From NCBI RefSeq assembly GCF_964355755.1, contig NC_092677.1, positions 16,452,101 to 16,516,100 of the forward strand: a DNA stretch of 64,000 bases. The letters are read 5' to 3'. Shown here one piece after another: positions 1-11,539 of the stretch (positions within the stretch are counted from its first letter, which is position 1; the number at the start of each line of letters is the position of its first letter). Origin of the DNA: Antedon mediterranea. Lineage: Eukaryota > Animalia > Echinodermata. The notes beneath the pieces were generated by a model that saw only the letters and a list, made by a program, of their open reading frames with translations, did no database searches and was not told the origin of the DNA. The translations under genes were made by a program, and so were the position numbers.

Positions 1-3000
1 TTTTATTATAAACGGTCCAAAGTAGTCGATACCTACTCTATTGAACGGCGTTTCATTTAATTTAACCCGGGCTTCAGGAAGATTTCCCATCATTTGTGTT
101 TCTGTTCTTGCTCTCAACTTCCTGCATGTTATACATTTGGACAAGATACCTTTCACGGTGGGGCGACCTCGAACAATCCAATACTTTAGTCTGGTTTCAG
201 CCAAAGTGCGTTCAGCTCCAGCGTGACCCGTTCTCAAGTGGTGATGTTCGACAATTAACTTAGTAACATGGTGATTTGCTGGTAGCAACACTTGATGCTT
301 GGTTTGGTATGATACATTTGCCTTTTCTAATCTACCTCCCACACGCCACAGACCGTCTTCTGTCAGGATAGGATTCAACCTTTTAAGCGAATTAATCTGC
401 TCTCAGGCTTCAGGCTATTTGTTTGAATATACCGGATGATGGATTCTTCTGCTTTCTTAAGCTCGTTTACCGTTAGTTTCCCAGTAATTAGGCATGCAGG
501 TTTCAACATAAAGGTTTTGAAGCGCATAATCCATGCCACAGCTCGCTTTAGCCGGTACCAGGAAGAGTATCGTTTTAAGAGTTGGTCGACAGTAGCGTTG
601 TTATTTGTCACAACTGTGTAGATTTTTGACGATTTTTTAATTTCCGCCCTTGCTTCAAGTTCTGCGCATTTAAAGGGTGGTTGAGTTGGCCATCTTTCTT
701 CATTTTTCCACGTACAGGAATGACGGTCCGCTAACCCATCTGCGGTTATTAACCAGCTTGCTTGCAGTCAAACCTCGGGATGCGTCATCTCCAGGGTTAC
801 TCTTTGTGTCAATGTATCGCCATTGGTGCGGAAAACTATGTTCCCTGATTACCGAAACACGGTTTGCTACGTAAGTCTGGAAGCGACGCTCATCATTTTG
901 AATATACCATAAAACGATCATGCTGTCCGACCAAAAGGTGGATTCTAACAGCGGAATTTCTAGCTCACGCAGCAACAACTTGTCTAACTTGATTGCTTCG
1001 ACGGCTGCGGTCAACTCCAACCTTGGGATGGTTGTGGTCTTCAAAGGTGCAAGTCTCGATTTGGACATCAAAATACTACGATGGCTTTTATCGTAGGAAT
1101 CTATCATTCTAAGATAAGTTACTGCCCCGTATCCAGCTTCGGATGCGTCGACAAAATGATGTAGTTGGCTGGATTTGATGCGAAGCCCAATGGGTTTAAA
1201 ACAACGTAGTACCTTCAGATCCATTATAGTAGGAAGGTCAATGAGCCATCGATTCCACTGATCAGCACTCTCAGTTGGTATGGGATCATCCCAGTCGTAT
1301 TTGCAGCGGCATAGTTGCTGAAATATCATCTTTCCTCGCAGTACATAGGGTCCTGCATAACCAAGTGGATCGTACATAGAGTTGAGTATACTTAGCACTC
1401 CGTGACATGTCATAGGTTTAACAGCAACTTGAATATCGTATTGGAACTTGTCTTGCTCAATATTCCAAAGCATTCCAAGGACTCGCTCACATGGTAAGCT
1501 GTCGAAACTAATGTTCTTTAATCATGTGGCCCACTCATCTTGAGGTAGAGAATAGATAACCTCCCGGCTATTCGACATCCACTTGTTGAGGTGAAATCCT
1601 CCACACTGCAATAGTCTTTTAACTTCATGTACGAGATATATGGCTTCGTCAACAGACGCTACAGACTTTAAGCAATCGTCTACGTAAAAGTTACGCTTAA
1701 TTGTCTGCCTTGCAGCATTGCTGTATTCACTTGCGTTATCCTCGACAGTCCGATGAACAGCATAATTGGCGCAACTTGGGCTCCAAACTCCTCCAAATAA
1801 ATGAACAGTCATTCTATACTCTAAAGGCACGTTGTATGGGTCATCATTTTTCTACCATAGGAACCGCAGTGCGTCACGATCGGCGGGATTTACAACAACT
1901 TGGTGAAACATGCCTTGGATATCGGCTGTGAACGCAACAGCCTCTTGTCGGAAACGAAGGAGGACGCCGATTAGTTTATTGGTCAAATCTGGTCCTTGGT
2001 GTACCTGATCATTTAACGAGGTGCCATTTGCCCTAGCAGCACAATCAAAGACGATTCGGCATTTGTCCGGCTTCTTGGGGTTAAACACCGGGTGATGCGG
2101 GAGGTACCATACACAACCGTCAGCTCTGCAGAGGTCCTCTTCTGGAACAAGTTCTGCGTGTCGATCAGCAAGTAGTTTATGAATTTCAGTTACGTATTTT
2201 TTCTTCAGAACTGGGTCTCGTGTCAATCGTTTACCCAACAGGTACAATCTACGGTCTACCATCTGACGATTATCAGGTAGGTTTGGTGGTCTGTGCTTGA
2301 ATGGAGTATTCATGGAATAGTGGCCATCTTTTAGACTAATGGAGTCTTCCCATATGTGCAATACCTTGTGATCATTGATGGATAAGGTAGTTTCGGCGCT
2401 GGGATTACTTGTATTCAGCTTCCAACAGCTACCGGACTGTTCATAGGTTGCTTTAAGTTGCACATGGTGACTTGATCGAGGCTGATTAACATCTTTATTG
2501 ATTGGGCCATTTATTGCCCAGCCCAGAGCTGTCCATACTCCATACGGTTCGCCAGGCTTGCCTTTACGCACTTCTTGTGGACACAATAGTTCTGGCATAT
2601 CTTGGCCAATGAGAAGCTGAACTTCTGCTACGTCAAGAATTGGTGGTAACTGTATATCGGCAAGATGAGGCCACTTTATCAAGTCTTCATGGCATGCTAG
2701 ATTATCTAGGCCCAGGTTGAGAGAGGGTCTCACTATTATTTGTGGCATACGTGCAGTGTATGTGTTTTCTAAATTGGACAGGTTAAGGCTTATCAGCTCC
2801 GTATTTATCAAAATATTTTTCTGTTCAATTGTAGTAAGCTCCGCCGTACACTTCTGCCTTATCACTTGTAGTCTGTCAGCTAATTCCTCAGTACAGTAAC
2901 TAGATGTTCTGCCTGTATCTATTAAAGCATAAGTGTCAACATATGAATTCGGATCTTTGCCACGTACACGGACGGCAACAATCGGCAACGCCACCCTTTC

Positions 3001-5013
3001 ACGATTTGCTTGAATAAACTTGCTGTTTCCTTGAACTAATGCCGCTTGCATCAGAGGAGTGGCGGTGGTAGTTGGTGCTGTAGTCACTGTAGGGATAGGT
3101 GGATGAGGTGAAGAGTTAGGTGGATTAGGTGGAGAATTGGTTACGTAACGTGGAATATGCAAATATTTGCTGTGTTTCTTACCACAGTCATCTATGTCGC
3201 AAGTAATTTGACGCAAACACTCCTTTCCTATGTGCCCAGGTTTAAAACAATTAACGCATAACCGCTTCGACTGAACAAATGCCAGCCTGTCTTTAACCCG
3301 CAGAGCTTTGAATGATTTGCAGAACGTAACATAGTGAATATGTCCACAGTATACACAGTGTTCATCTTCTTTAGGTGGGTTTACAGGTGGTACCTCAGGC
3401 TTTTTTGATGAAGGAATAGGTATGGACTGCGCACTGTAGCTTGTATTCTGCTTCTGTTTATCACGTCGATCCTTGCGAACCAACTTGCCAAAGATCGGAT
3501 CATTTGCTTCCTCAGCAGCAGCAGTGATAAATTTTACCATGTCATCTAAATTTGGAGCTTGTTTCATCTTAGTTTTAATATCATAATTTTTCTTTAGCCA
3601 ACGTGTTTTAAAATAATTTGGTAACTTCTCAGCTATCGTACAAAGACTTCTACGGTTTTCAAGCTCACTTAAATATCCCATTGATTCTAACGTTTCCTGA
3701 CAACATCTTATGTCATCCGCGAAATCTTGTAGGTCAAGTTCGTCTCTAACGTTCTTTCTTTTTGTTATTTTGTCGATCCAGGCTTGTGCTATGTTGTCGT
3801 TATTGCCAAATCTTTCCTTTAACATTTTTTTTGCCAGACGATAACCTTCAGCTGGTTCCTTCATTAGACAGCACTGTAGTAAGGTTTTGGCCTTTCCGGT
3901 ACAAAACTGCAACAGGGATATAAGCTTTGCTCCATCGTCCGTTGATTTTCGGTCTATAGCATTGTCAAATACTCTAAAGGACCAGTAATGCAGCGGGTAA
4001 CCATCAAACATCGGTAGCTCACATTTCGGTAGATGTAAAGCCTCCACAAGAGATTGCTGGTGTAATCGAGAATCGGCTAACATCTGGCATATGGTATTCG
4101 ACAATTCTTCCGGTTGGTGCAATGTATTTAGTGCTGGCTGGTGAATCAGACTTTTTTCTAACTGAAGGATCGTCTGCTTTAGGTGTTTGGAGTATCGGTT
4201 CAGTGGGTTTAGATGGGTTGCGTTCAAACCTTGACGCATCGAGATGTCGGCCATCAAATGAAGGTAGGTGTATAGTTGGTAGGACTAAATCCTCCGGTGT
4301 AGAATGATAACGTGGTTGAGTTTCAGTCTCAATAACTTCGGTGTAGACCTTCTGGACTGCATCAGCTTTCGCCATTTTAGCACTTAATTTCATCTCTCGA
4401 CGGCGATGATCGAGCTCCAACTCTTGTCTTCCCATCTCAATCATTGCGTGATGATCTTCTAGCGCCAATTTCATCTCGGCCTGAAAACGCTGGGTTTCAA
4501 GTTCCATCTGGCGCGCCTGTTTTATTCGTCTCAATTCGAATTGCTCTTGTTCTAAAGATTTTTGCTCCACCAAGCCTTGTATTTCAGCTTCAAGTGCAGC
4601 TTTCTCCGCCCTAGCCTTAGCTCTCGCTTCATCCAAGGCACTTAATGTGGTTGAAATTAGTGAAAAGCGGCTGCCAACTTCCGAAACAGACTTATGTTGC
4701 TCAGAGTGCTCAACACTGGCGATCCATGTGCCGATATCATCACAGAAGTCGTTTATTCTCGTGACAAATTCTCTCCGATAAACCTCCGCTTCCTGCTTGG
4801 CCTCCTCATCCTTTAACAACATTACATAGTCTGCATGTGCAGCTGCAAACGCCTCCGTCAAGGTTTCCACCTCCTCCATTCGTTCATGGACTTGGATAGG
4901 TTTTCCTTTCTTGCCATCAATTTTTGCACGGTACCCATAATTCGGGTAACAGCTCCCCTAGCGTATCCACGCTTAGACTTCATACGTGCAACCTCAGATT
5001 CTGTATGAGACAT
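1..5013 (-). pseudogene. Disrupted BEL/Pao gag-pol polyprotein (ORF pieces 4019-4879, 1852-4257, 1522-1830, 700-1473, 375-611)
   Basis: One polyprotein is split across frames by frameshifts (~4885, ~4140, ~700) and stops (1852, 1522, 375). Confidence 0.88.
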
Positions 5014-5027
5014 TCTTGATTTTGAAC

Positions 5028-5432
5028 TGTAACGCTCGTAGCGTCGTACGTTAATCGGTATACAACAAAAAAACTTCCAACCAGGTTTTGCACTTCACAA
5101 TTGATTTATTGTGGTTCAAACTGAAAATGTAACAAAATAATACAATAAAGAACTACAATGTATCCAGGTTAAATTAGCAAAATGTAGAAATGGTATTAAG
5201 CCTAAGCTAAGCTAAAGAGAGTAATCAAAGGAAGCAAATAACGAACTTACATCACTGGTCTGTCTGGTGTAATACAAAGGTATGCATAGGATTACCGCTC
5301 ACGAAATGAAAAGAACGACAACGACAAGCGCAGCACAGTAAAAGGGAATAATAGAAACAAAAGAACGGGAAATTTACATATTATGTCAGGTGCAGTTTAA
5401 CATAGCAGAAATAAAGCGTTGCGTCACTAACA
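5028..5432 (-). repeat. 5' LTR of the BEL/Pao element (~405 bp)
   Basis: Minus strand begins TGTTAG (5432) and ends GTTACA (5028). AATAAA lies at 5110-5105 and the gag ATG follows 15 nt after the LTR end. The second LTR is outside the window, so the boundaries are inferred. Confidence 0.65.
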
Positions 5433-5441
5433 GTATACAAT

Positions 5442-7089
5442 CGTAACATGTTTTCAAATATTTGTATAACGTTGTCGGCAAGTACGGCGGAGTTAGTACA
5501 CAAGGTAATAATTAAGCAAACACATTTTAACAAGAGGAAAAAATTACCAAATATAGGACAAAACGTACATGTAATTAATAAAATCCAAAACGTTTATTTC
5601 CATTCGTCGCCGGTTGTTTAAAACCCATAAACGCGAAAGTTAAGATCAGGTACGATCTAATGTCGGAATAAAAAGTTCTATGGATAATAAATCTAACGTG
5701 ACAAGAACATTGACAAATTTTGACTATCGATGTGGCTATTCGAATTTGCCTGGTCGCAGGTCATTTAATCCCTAGATAAATATATATCATGTTCAGGAAC
5801 GACACTAAATGGAACTTAATCGAGTGCCAATAGTCGGCATGATGATCAGAACACAATGAAGTGTATAATCTAATCAAGACACCATAACATAAATCACAAA
5901 GTAAAAGACAAAATAATATTAAACTCAAGAAAAAGTGATTGCCTAACACATACTGTACAGTAGTCGGAGTAAATAAAAAAAGAATAGAATTAATGATCGG
6001 CATTGAACAAGTAAACCTCTCACATTTACTCTGTTCTCGGTAGTGAGTAAATCTGGTAAACAAGGTTATACAGTACAATCTAAACAACTAAATGTACTAA
6101 TACTATATTATGATATTTACAATGAGGTTTAAAAAAAATCAATTTAACGAAAAAAAATTTGATAACAAACTTTTTCACCAAGTTAAATTTTAAGCCTATT
6201 AAGGAAATTGCAAATAAGTAAAAACTTTAAAAACAACAGAATGAAAAGTCGGTCATGTTGAATTAATTGTCATATCTAGCAGGAGGGTTAATTTTTCGGC
6301 CATACCTTGTTCTGACGGATTGTTCGACAAAGGGTTTCAGTCTGTCGTGATGTATGCGTCGGGATAGGGGTTTAAGGGTGTTGGAATTTTGGAGTAGATA
6401 CGTTCTGCCTCCCTCATCTACTTTAGTTATGAGGTAGGGTCCAATCCAATTCGGTGTTAACTTCTTTCTAGAATTTGCTGGGTCATCTAGCCAAACTTTG
6501 TCGCCAACATTGTAAGGGGTAAAACGTGCGGCTAAATCATATGTAAATTTCTGCCTTTCCTTTTGTCGTAAAGTATTGTCTAGGGCCATTTGGTGTGCAT
6601 CTTGTATTCGCTTAGCGAGATCGGCAACATATACCGACTGCGAGTGATGAGCTATAGGGGTTTCACCAACTGAGAAGATATGTTGGGGTAAGCGGACATT
6701 TCGTCCATGGACTAGAAAGAAAGGGCTAAAACCAGTTGTGTTATGCGGTATTGAATTATATGAAAGTTCCACTGAACTAAGCAGTGTGTCCCAATTGCAA
6801 CCACTCTCATAAAGTTGTTTAGCAAGTTCTTCTTTCATAGTTTTGTTAAAACGTTCAACCATTCCATCGGATTGGGGATGATAGGGGGTAGTACGGGTTT
6901 TTGTGATACCTAAGTATTTACAAATGTCCTGAAATAAAATCGATTCAAATTGGGGGCCTTGGTCTGTATGAATGATTTCTGGAATTCCATGACGTTTAAT
7001 AAAATCATCACATAAATGGTGGGATATAGTCTCTGCTTTTAAATTGGGGTATTAACAGCCGTATTTCCCGAACGTAAAAACATGTTACA
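5442..7089 (-). mobile_element. TIR-flanked Gypsy-type integrase element (Ginger-like, internally deleted)
   Basis: Imperfect inverted termini: cgtaacatgtttt..acgttgtcggcaagtacggc (from 5442) versus tgtaacatgttttt acgttcgggaaatacggc (reverse complement, from 7089). They enclose a 5'-truncated integrase. No clean TSD. Confidence 0.55.
6263..7048 (-). pseudogene. 5'-truncated Gypsy/Ginger-type DDE integrase
   Basis: The frame extends upstream of ORF 6263-6862 as HGIPEIIHTDQGPQFES...TTPYHPQSDGMVERFNKT. It continues to TTGFSPFFLVHGR, the GPY/F module WIGPY and C-terminal RTRYGRKINPPARY. The HHCC domain and first catalytic Asp are missing. Confidence 0.85.
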
Positions 7090-7671
7090 ATATCTATACC
7101 TATAATATATCACCCGAAGAAAGAGGAGGTTATAGAAAAGAACTAGAAATGATGGATCACTTACCACTTCGTTAATATTGTGTTCAAATCAAGTTGAATA
7201 TACTATGGGCTATCCAAAATAATGTTTAAAAATAAATCAGCCAAGCCATCCACAAACAAAATGTTTATAAAAGTTCCATCTGCGACTCAAAAGTATTAAA
7301 CAAATTTGATACGTATCAAAGTTCGTAAAAAGCGTTCAAAATAACAAAAGAAAGTTAAACAAAAGGTCGCAAAAACAGTTAATGATCAATAGTAAAAAAT
7401 CATCTTCTTTTCGGCCTTCGTTCTTCGTCTCTTTGCCTCGGTGTTTTTTTTCTTCTTCTGTCTTCCGTTTTCTATTTCTGGGGTTGGACCTGCAATTGTT
7501 TCATCCAATATTCTTCTTCTTTAGCTCTTCTTTGTCTGTGTCCATTCATCCATCAGCATCTGCAGCTCCACAAACTCTGCAAACTCCAAATCTGGTCCAT
7601 GTTTGATCTTCTAGTTTTTTTTTTTTCCTTCTTTTTTCTTTTTGTTTTATTGGCTTCTGTGGGTCCAAATT

Positions 7672-7684
7672 GGTGTGGGAACCA
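7672..7684 (-). other. Primer-binding site complementary to the tRNA-Glu 3' end
   Basis: Minus strand reads ...GTTACA-AC-TGGTTCCCACACC, which is complementary to the GGTGTGGGAA-CCA end of eukaryotic tRNA-Glu(TTC) as remembered. It lies directly after an LTR-like ACA end. Confidence 0.7.
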
Positions 7685-7686
7685 GT

Positions 7687-8291
7687 TGTAACGGTTGTTG
7701 TTGTCCGTTACTATATATCATATAGTCTCAGTGGCAGGATTTCACACAGTCACAGAATATACAAACAGTAAATATGGTTTTGTCCAGTGACAACAGTTTT
7801 ATTTCAATACTCAATATAATGCAGTATGTACTGGCTATATCACATGTTCCTATATTGTAAATGTTTTATCCTCTCTATTATAAACGTTTTCTTCTCTCTT
7901 TATAAATTTGTTAACTCTCTTTCTTTATCAATTTGTTAACTTTTTCTATTATAAACTTCCTCTCTCTTGGCCAGTACATCCATATTTAAGGAACAGTCCT
8001 AATTAATATGCATGTACTGGGAGGGGACTATTTGGAACAAAGGAACATTCTTTGATGATGAGGAATGTCACATCACCTTCACCTCAGTGAAGGTTGGGGC
8101 AAATTGGACCACTGGACATCAACAAGTATTTATAGTAACTCCCATTAGAGCAATTATACATTTCACAAAATACCAACTTGTAAACAGTTAATAGATTTAT
8201 ATTCTCTCGTGTGTTACACTAGGAATGTTAATAGATGGAGTAGGGAGAAATAGTGAAAAAGGGTTGTTGACCTGATGGTCAGAGTGTTACA
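7687..8291 (-). mobile_element. Gypsy-type 5' LTR with leader remnant (leader ~7100-7686)
   Basis: The LTR 3' end TTACA at 7687 is followed by the PBS, with AATAAA on the minus strand near 7798-7803. The LTR 5' boundary is ambiguous (TG starts at 8124, 8218 or 8291). Confidence 0.55.
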
Positions 8292-8299
8292 CTATCAAC

Positions 8300-8725
8300 A
8301 ATATATAAATACGAATAAGTTAGACTGCAGTTACCTCAAATAATACAAGCAAAAAAATAAGTTAAAGTTTGTTCAAAAGTTCAACCATAAAAGGAACTGG
8401 ACTAGTCTGGAAACGTTTTGTTTTATAACTATAATTTTCCACTTTACGATTATGTCTAAGGGTCATGCAGGAACTACACTGAGGGGCAGGGAATCAGGTG
8501 GAGAATTGACCAGAGGATTGTGCTTTATAGGTAAAAACCTTGCAAGAGTGCCATCTTCTAGTGTGGAGTGGTTCAAGATTTAAAATGGCAAGAGAATCCG
8601 AGTATGTTGTATACTCTTTGCCCAACACAATCTTGCAGACACGCTTCTGAATCTTTTCCACCTGATTCACCTGTCCCTGCGTAAGACCCGCATGCCACAA
8701 AGGGGCTGCATACTCAAGCACCGTA
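8300..8725 (-). mobile_element. Non-LTR retrotransposon (CR1/L2-group) 3' fragment
   Basis: VLEYAAPLWHAGLTQGQVNQVEKIQKRVCKIVLG..YSDSLAILNLEPLHTRR is the typical post-RT C-terminus of CR1/L2-group ORF2. Confidence 0.8.
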
Positions 8726-9106
8726 GAAAGTGTAGATTTCAATAAAAACGAGAGACACGCCTTATCTCAGTTTACACCGCTTTATTGGGTATTAGCATAA
8801 TACAAAAAAGATCAGTATGGCACTTCAATCTCGCAACTGAAAGAGTGTGGTCTCAAACACTAAACAATAAAAACCATGATGGACACGAAGAAAAAAACAG
8901 TTAGAGCGGCAAAAAGCTACACATTGAACCTTTGAACAAAGAACTGATAACAATTATATAATAGTATAATTAGTACAGGATTGGATTAATCCCCACAGTA
9001 GATTGAATTATAAGAATACACATGCTCACTTCAAATAGTATTCACCGAAGAAAAGGCTTTAACATCTTTGTATATTTTTTAAGGAGCTTTTGTGCGAGAT
9101 CTATTT

Positions 9107-10128
9107 ATGGAGCACAGCATGGCAGGTAAATATTAATTATTCCAATAATAAAATGTAATTATTATTATTAAGCATATTATTATTGTTTATAGTATTGTAT
9201 CATTATATTTTTTTTATATAAAGAACCTAGATACCGGTTTGATTTCTGTATTGTTAGTGATGATGAGGATTGGGAAGTTGAATTAGCAGATGACTTACAA
9301 CGAGAGAGACCAGGGGTAAAATGCGTGACCCAACAAAATTGGCGGTTAGGTGAACCACATAATAAGAGTTTGCTAAAAGCGATGAAAGTTTGTCGCAAAA
9401 TTATTGTTTGCTTTTCGGAAAATCCAAAAAATCGGAAAGCTATAATAGCTGTATATCAAGCTGTTGACAAAATGATAAAAGATATGGAGATTGAGGAGGA
9501 TATGTTGATACCAGTTAAGAAAAATGCAAGAGTTAAATTACCAGAGTGTGTTGAAATATTCAATGCAGGCGATGCCGAGGATCCAACTCTGATCAATAAA
9601 TTGCTTGAAGCCTTAGATGCAACATATAATGGTATGTCTCAAATCATATTTACTTAGTAAGCCTTTAAAAAACTGCCAGAGCCGCAGATCATTAAAATTG
9701 TAGGCCTACTACTACAAAACATGGCATTAGCAAAAAACGTCCAACAAAATTAAAAAAGAAGCTTATAGATTGAGATTCGATTCGGCGACGTTTCATAATG
9801 CATACAGTTTGAAAGAGTTTTGTCAACTTTTAAGAATTGTGCATAATAAGTATGTAGTCTGTTATAAAACAAATATAAAACAGAACATAATTAGGCCTAA
9901 TTTAAATATTAAGCAACTATGCTCCTTCTAATTCCAGATGGCCAGATGGTACAAGCTATCGAAGAAGAGAATCTGCCAAATCCAGGTTTGTAAACTATTC
10001 ATTTCATTATATAGAATATCATCCTATTCACCAAATCTACAGTTGACAACAATCTTGTCCTTTTTATTTTCACAGTACAATGTACTTCACTATTTTACAT
10101 CAACGACGATAATCCAGATCTCTGCTGA
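9107..10128 (+). CDS. Small divergent TIR-domain-only protein (~175 aa, 4 exons)
   Basis: Exons 9107-9125, 9224-9631, 9938-9985, 10076-10128 are joined by GT-AG phase-1 introns and give 528 nt in frame, with AATAAA near 10259. Exon 2 reads YRFDFCIVSDDEDW (box1-like), QNWRLGEP (BB-loop-like), SLLKAMKVCRKIIVCFSEN (alphaB-betaC) and MLIPV (betaD). The TIR call is by motif recognition. Confidence 0.72.
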
Positions 10129-10592
10129 TGATACAAAAGGACGCCATGGCGTCTCAGTGCATACTCAATTACATTCCATGGACAAATTTCAATATAATTT
10201 TAATGTGAATTAGACCTGAGACTATTTTATACAAGTTGATATTCAGTTTTATACGAAAAATAAAGATTATTAAAAAAATGTGGGCCAATGTTTCATAAAT
10301 TCATAAAATATTATTTGTTAGTTTGTTATTTTATACCATGATTAGCAGGGGTGTGGTATGATCATAATTCTTTGGACTTTTTAAAATTTAAAAAAAACCA
10401 AGATTAAAATGCCAATAAACAATTAAGAGTCAACACCAAACGAGAAAGAAGAAAAATGTGCTTAGATGTTTTCCAATACGAAGGGCATGCATAGTTGGAA
10501 TTGTATCAAGATAAGATCTTTGTATAAAAAAGTAAAACCATTGAGAAGGAAACAAGAAAAAATTAATCTTTTAACCTCTTTCCACACCTGTT

Positions 10593-10757
10593 ACTAGTGG
10601 GAACCAAGCTTTACTAGAGGGGGACATAAAACAGAAAACAGTGTTGATTATACGTCCACTTGTAATACGCAATGTTATGCTGTTAGTGTTACGGCACTTT
10701 GCATTGATACATTGCGTCTACGTCCTTGCATCGCGTTCCTAGTGGGAAACAAGCTTT
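10593..10757. mobile_element. Partial MITE of the aagcttggttcccactag family
   Basis: Two copies of the terminus ctagtgggaa(c/a)caagcttt; same family as 18644-18822 and ~39780-39914. Confidence 0.55.
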
Positions 10758-11539
10758 AGTTTTTATAATAGAAATCATCATCAAAACACATAACTTATTT
10801 TTTCATTCTCGAACCATAGGATAACCATTTATGCATGCAGTCTTTGATAAAAAATATTAGTTTTCAAAATCCAATCAAATGATGTCATGATCAATATTAA
10901 GAACAATAAAATCGATTGTATTGTTATTGTTCTTACATATGTCATTTTATTGGGTGTGTGAAAATCCTAGCCATTTAGATTTCTTCTGAAAAAATGCATA
11001 TTTTTCTATTTATTGGCGATCATTATCGTCCTAGTGTAAATGGGTCTTTAGGCAGATCACTCTTTGTATTTTGTTTTTCAATATATTATCCATTGTCACC
11101 TCTCCCTAACCTGTTATAATAGCATTCAAGGCCTATGACAGATGGTGAATACATCAGTGGTAAGGCAAAACAAAATCACAGAAATTTAGTATTAGACTTT
11201 AGAAAACAAGAAATGAACATAATTTATTATATTATTATATTCATTTCAATTTTATTTACACATCAATAAATTGTATTAAATGTCTGTATACATATAAAAT
11301 ATGTACAGTAATATAAATACATTTTCTCAGCAAGTCTGTATTACAATGTTATAGAAATTTTTACAATATTTCAGATGTATAAAACGGTTTTAGCTATTCT
11401 TTAACCTGCAGTTGGTCTTGTGTATTTGTTATTTGTGCAATCAAAACAACGCATTATCATTTCAGTCATAAAAAACCATCGGTAGTTGAAGATAAGGATG
11501 ATTGAATTGTAATCATAAAAGGCATACTAACTCAGGTAT

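Larger units (their letters stand above)
1..5432 (-). mobile_element. BEL/Pao LTR retrotransposon, decayed; 3' part runs off the left edge of the window
   Basis: Minus-strand gag-pol domains occur in BEL order: Gag start MSHTESEVARMKSKRGYARGAVTR (ATG 5013), LPKCELPMFDGYPLHYWSF motif, three Cys/His knuckles (CVYCGHIHYVTFC, CVNCFKPGHIGKEC, CDIDDCGKKHSKYLH), protease ALIDTG, RT (WYLPHHPV..KCRIVFD, FYVDD), RNase H (LHHFVDAS..IPRLEL), then integrase start (HHHLRTGH..CITC, VGIDYFGPF at ~15-40). Confidence 0.95.
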
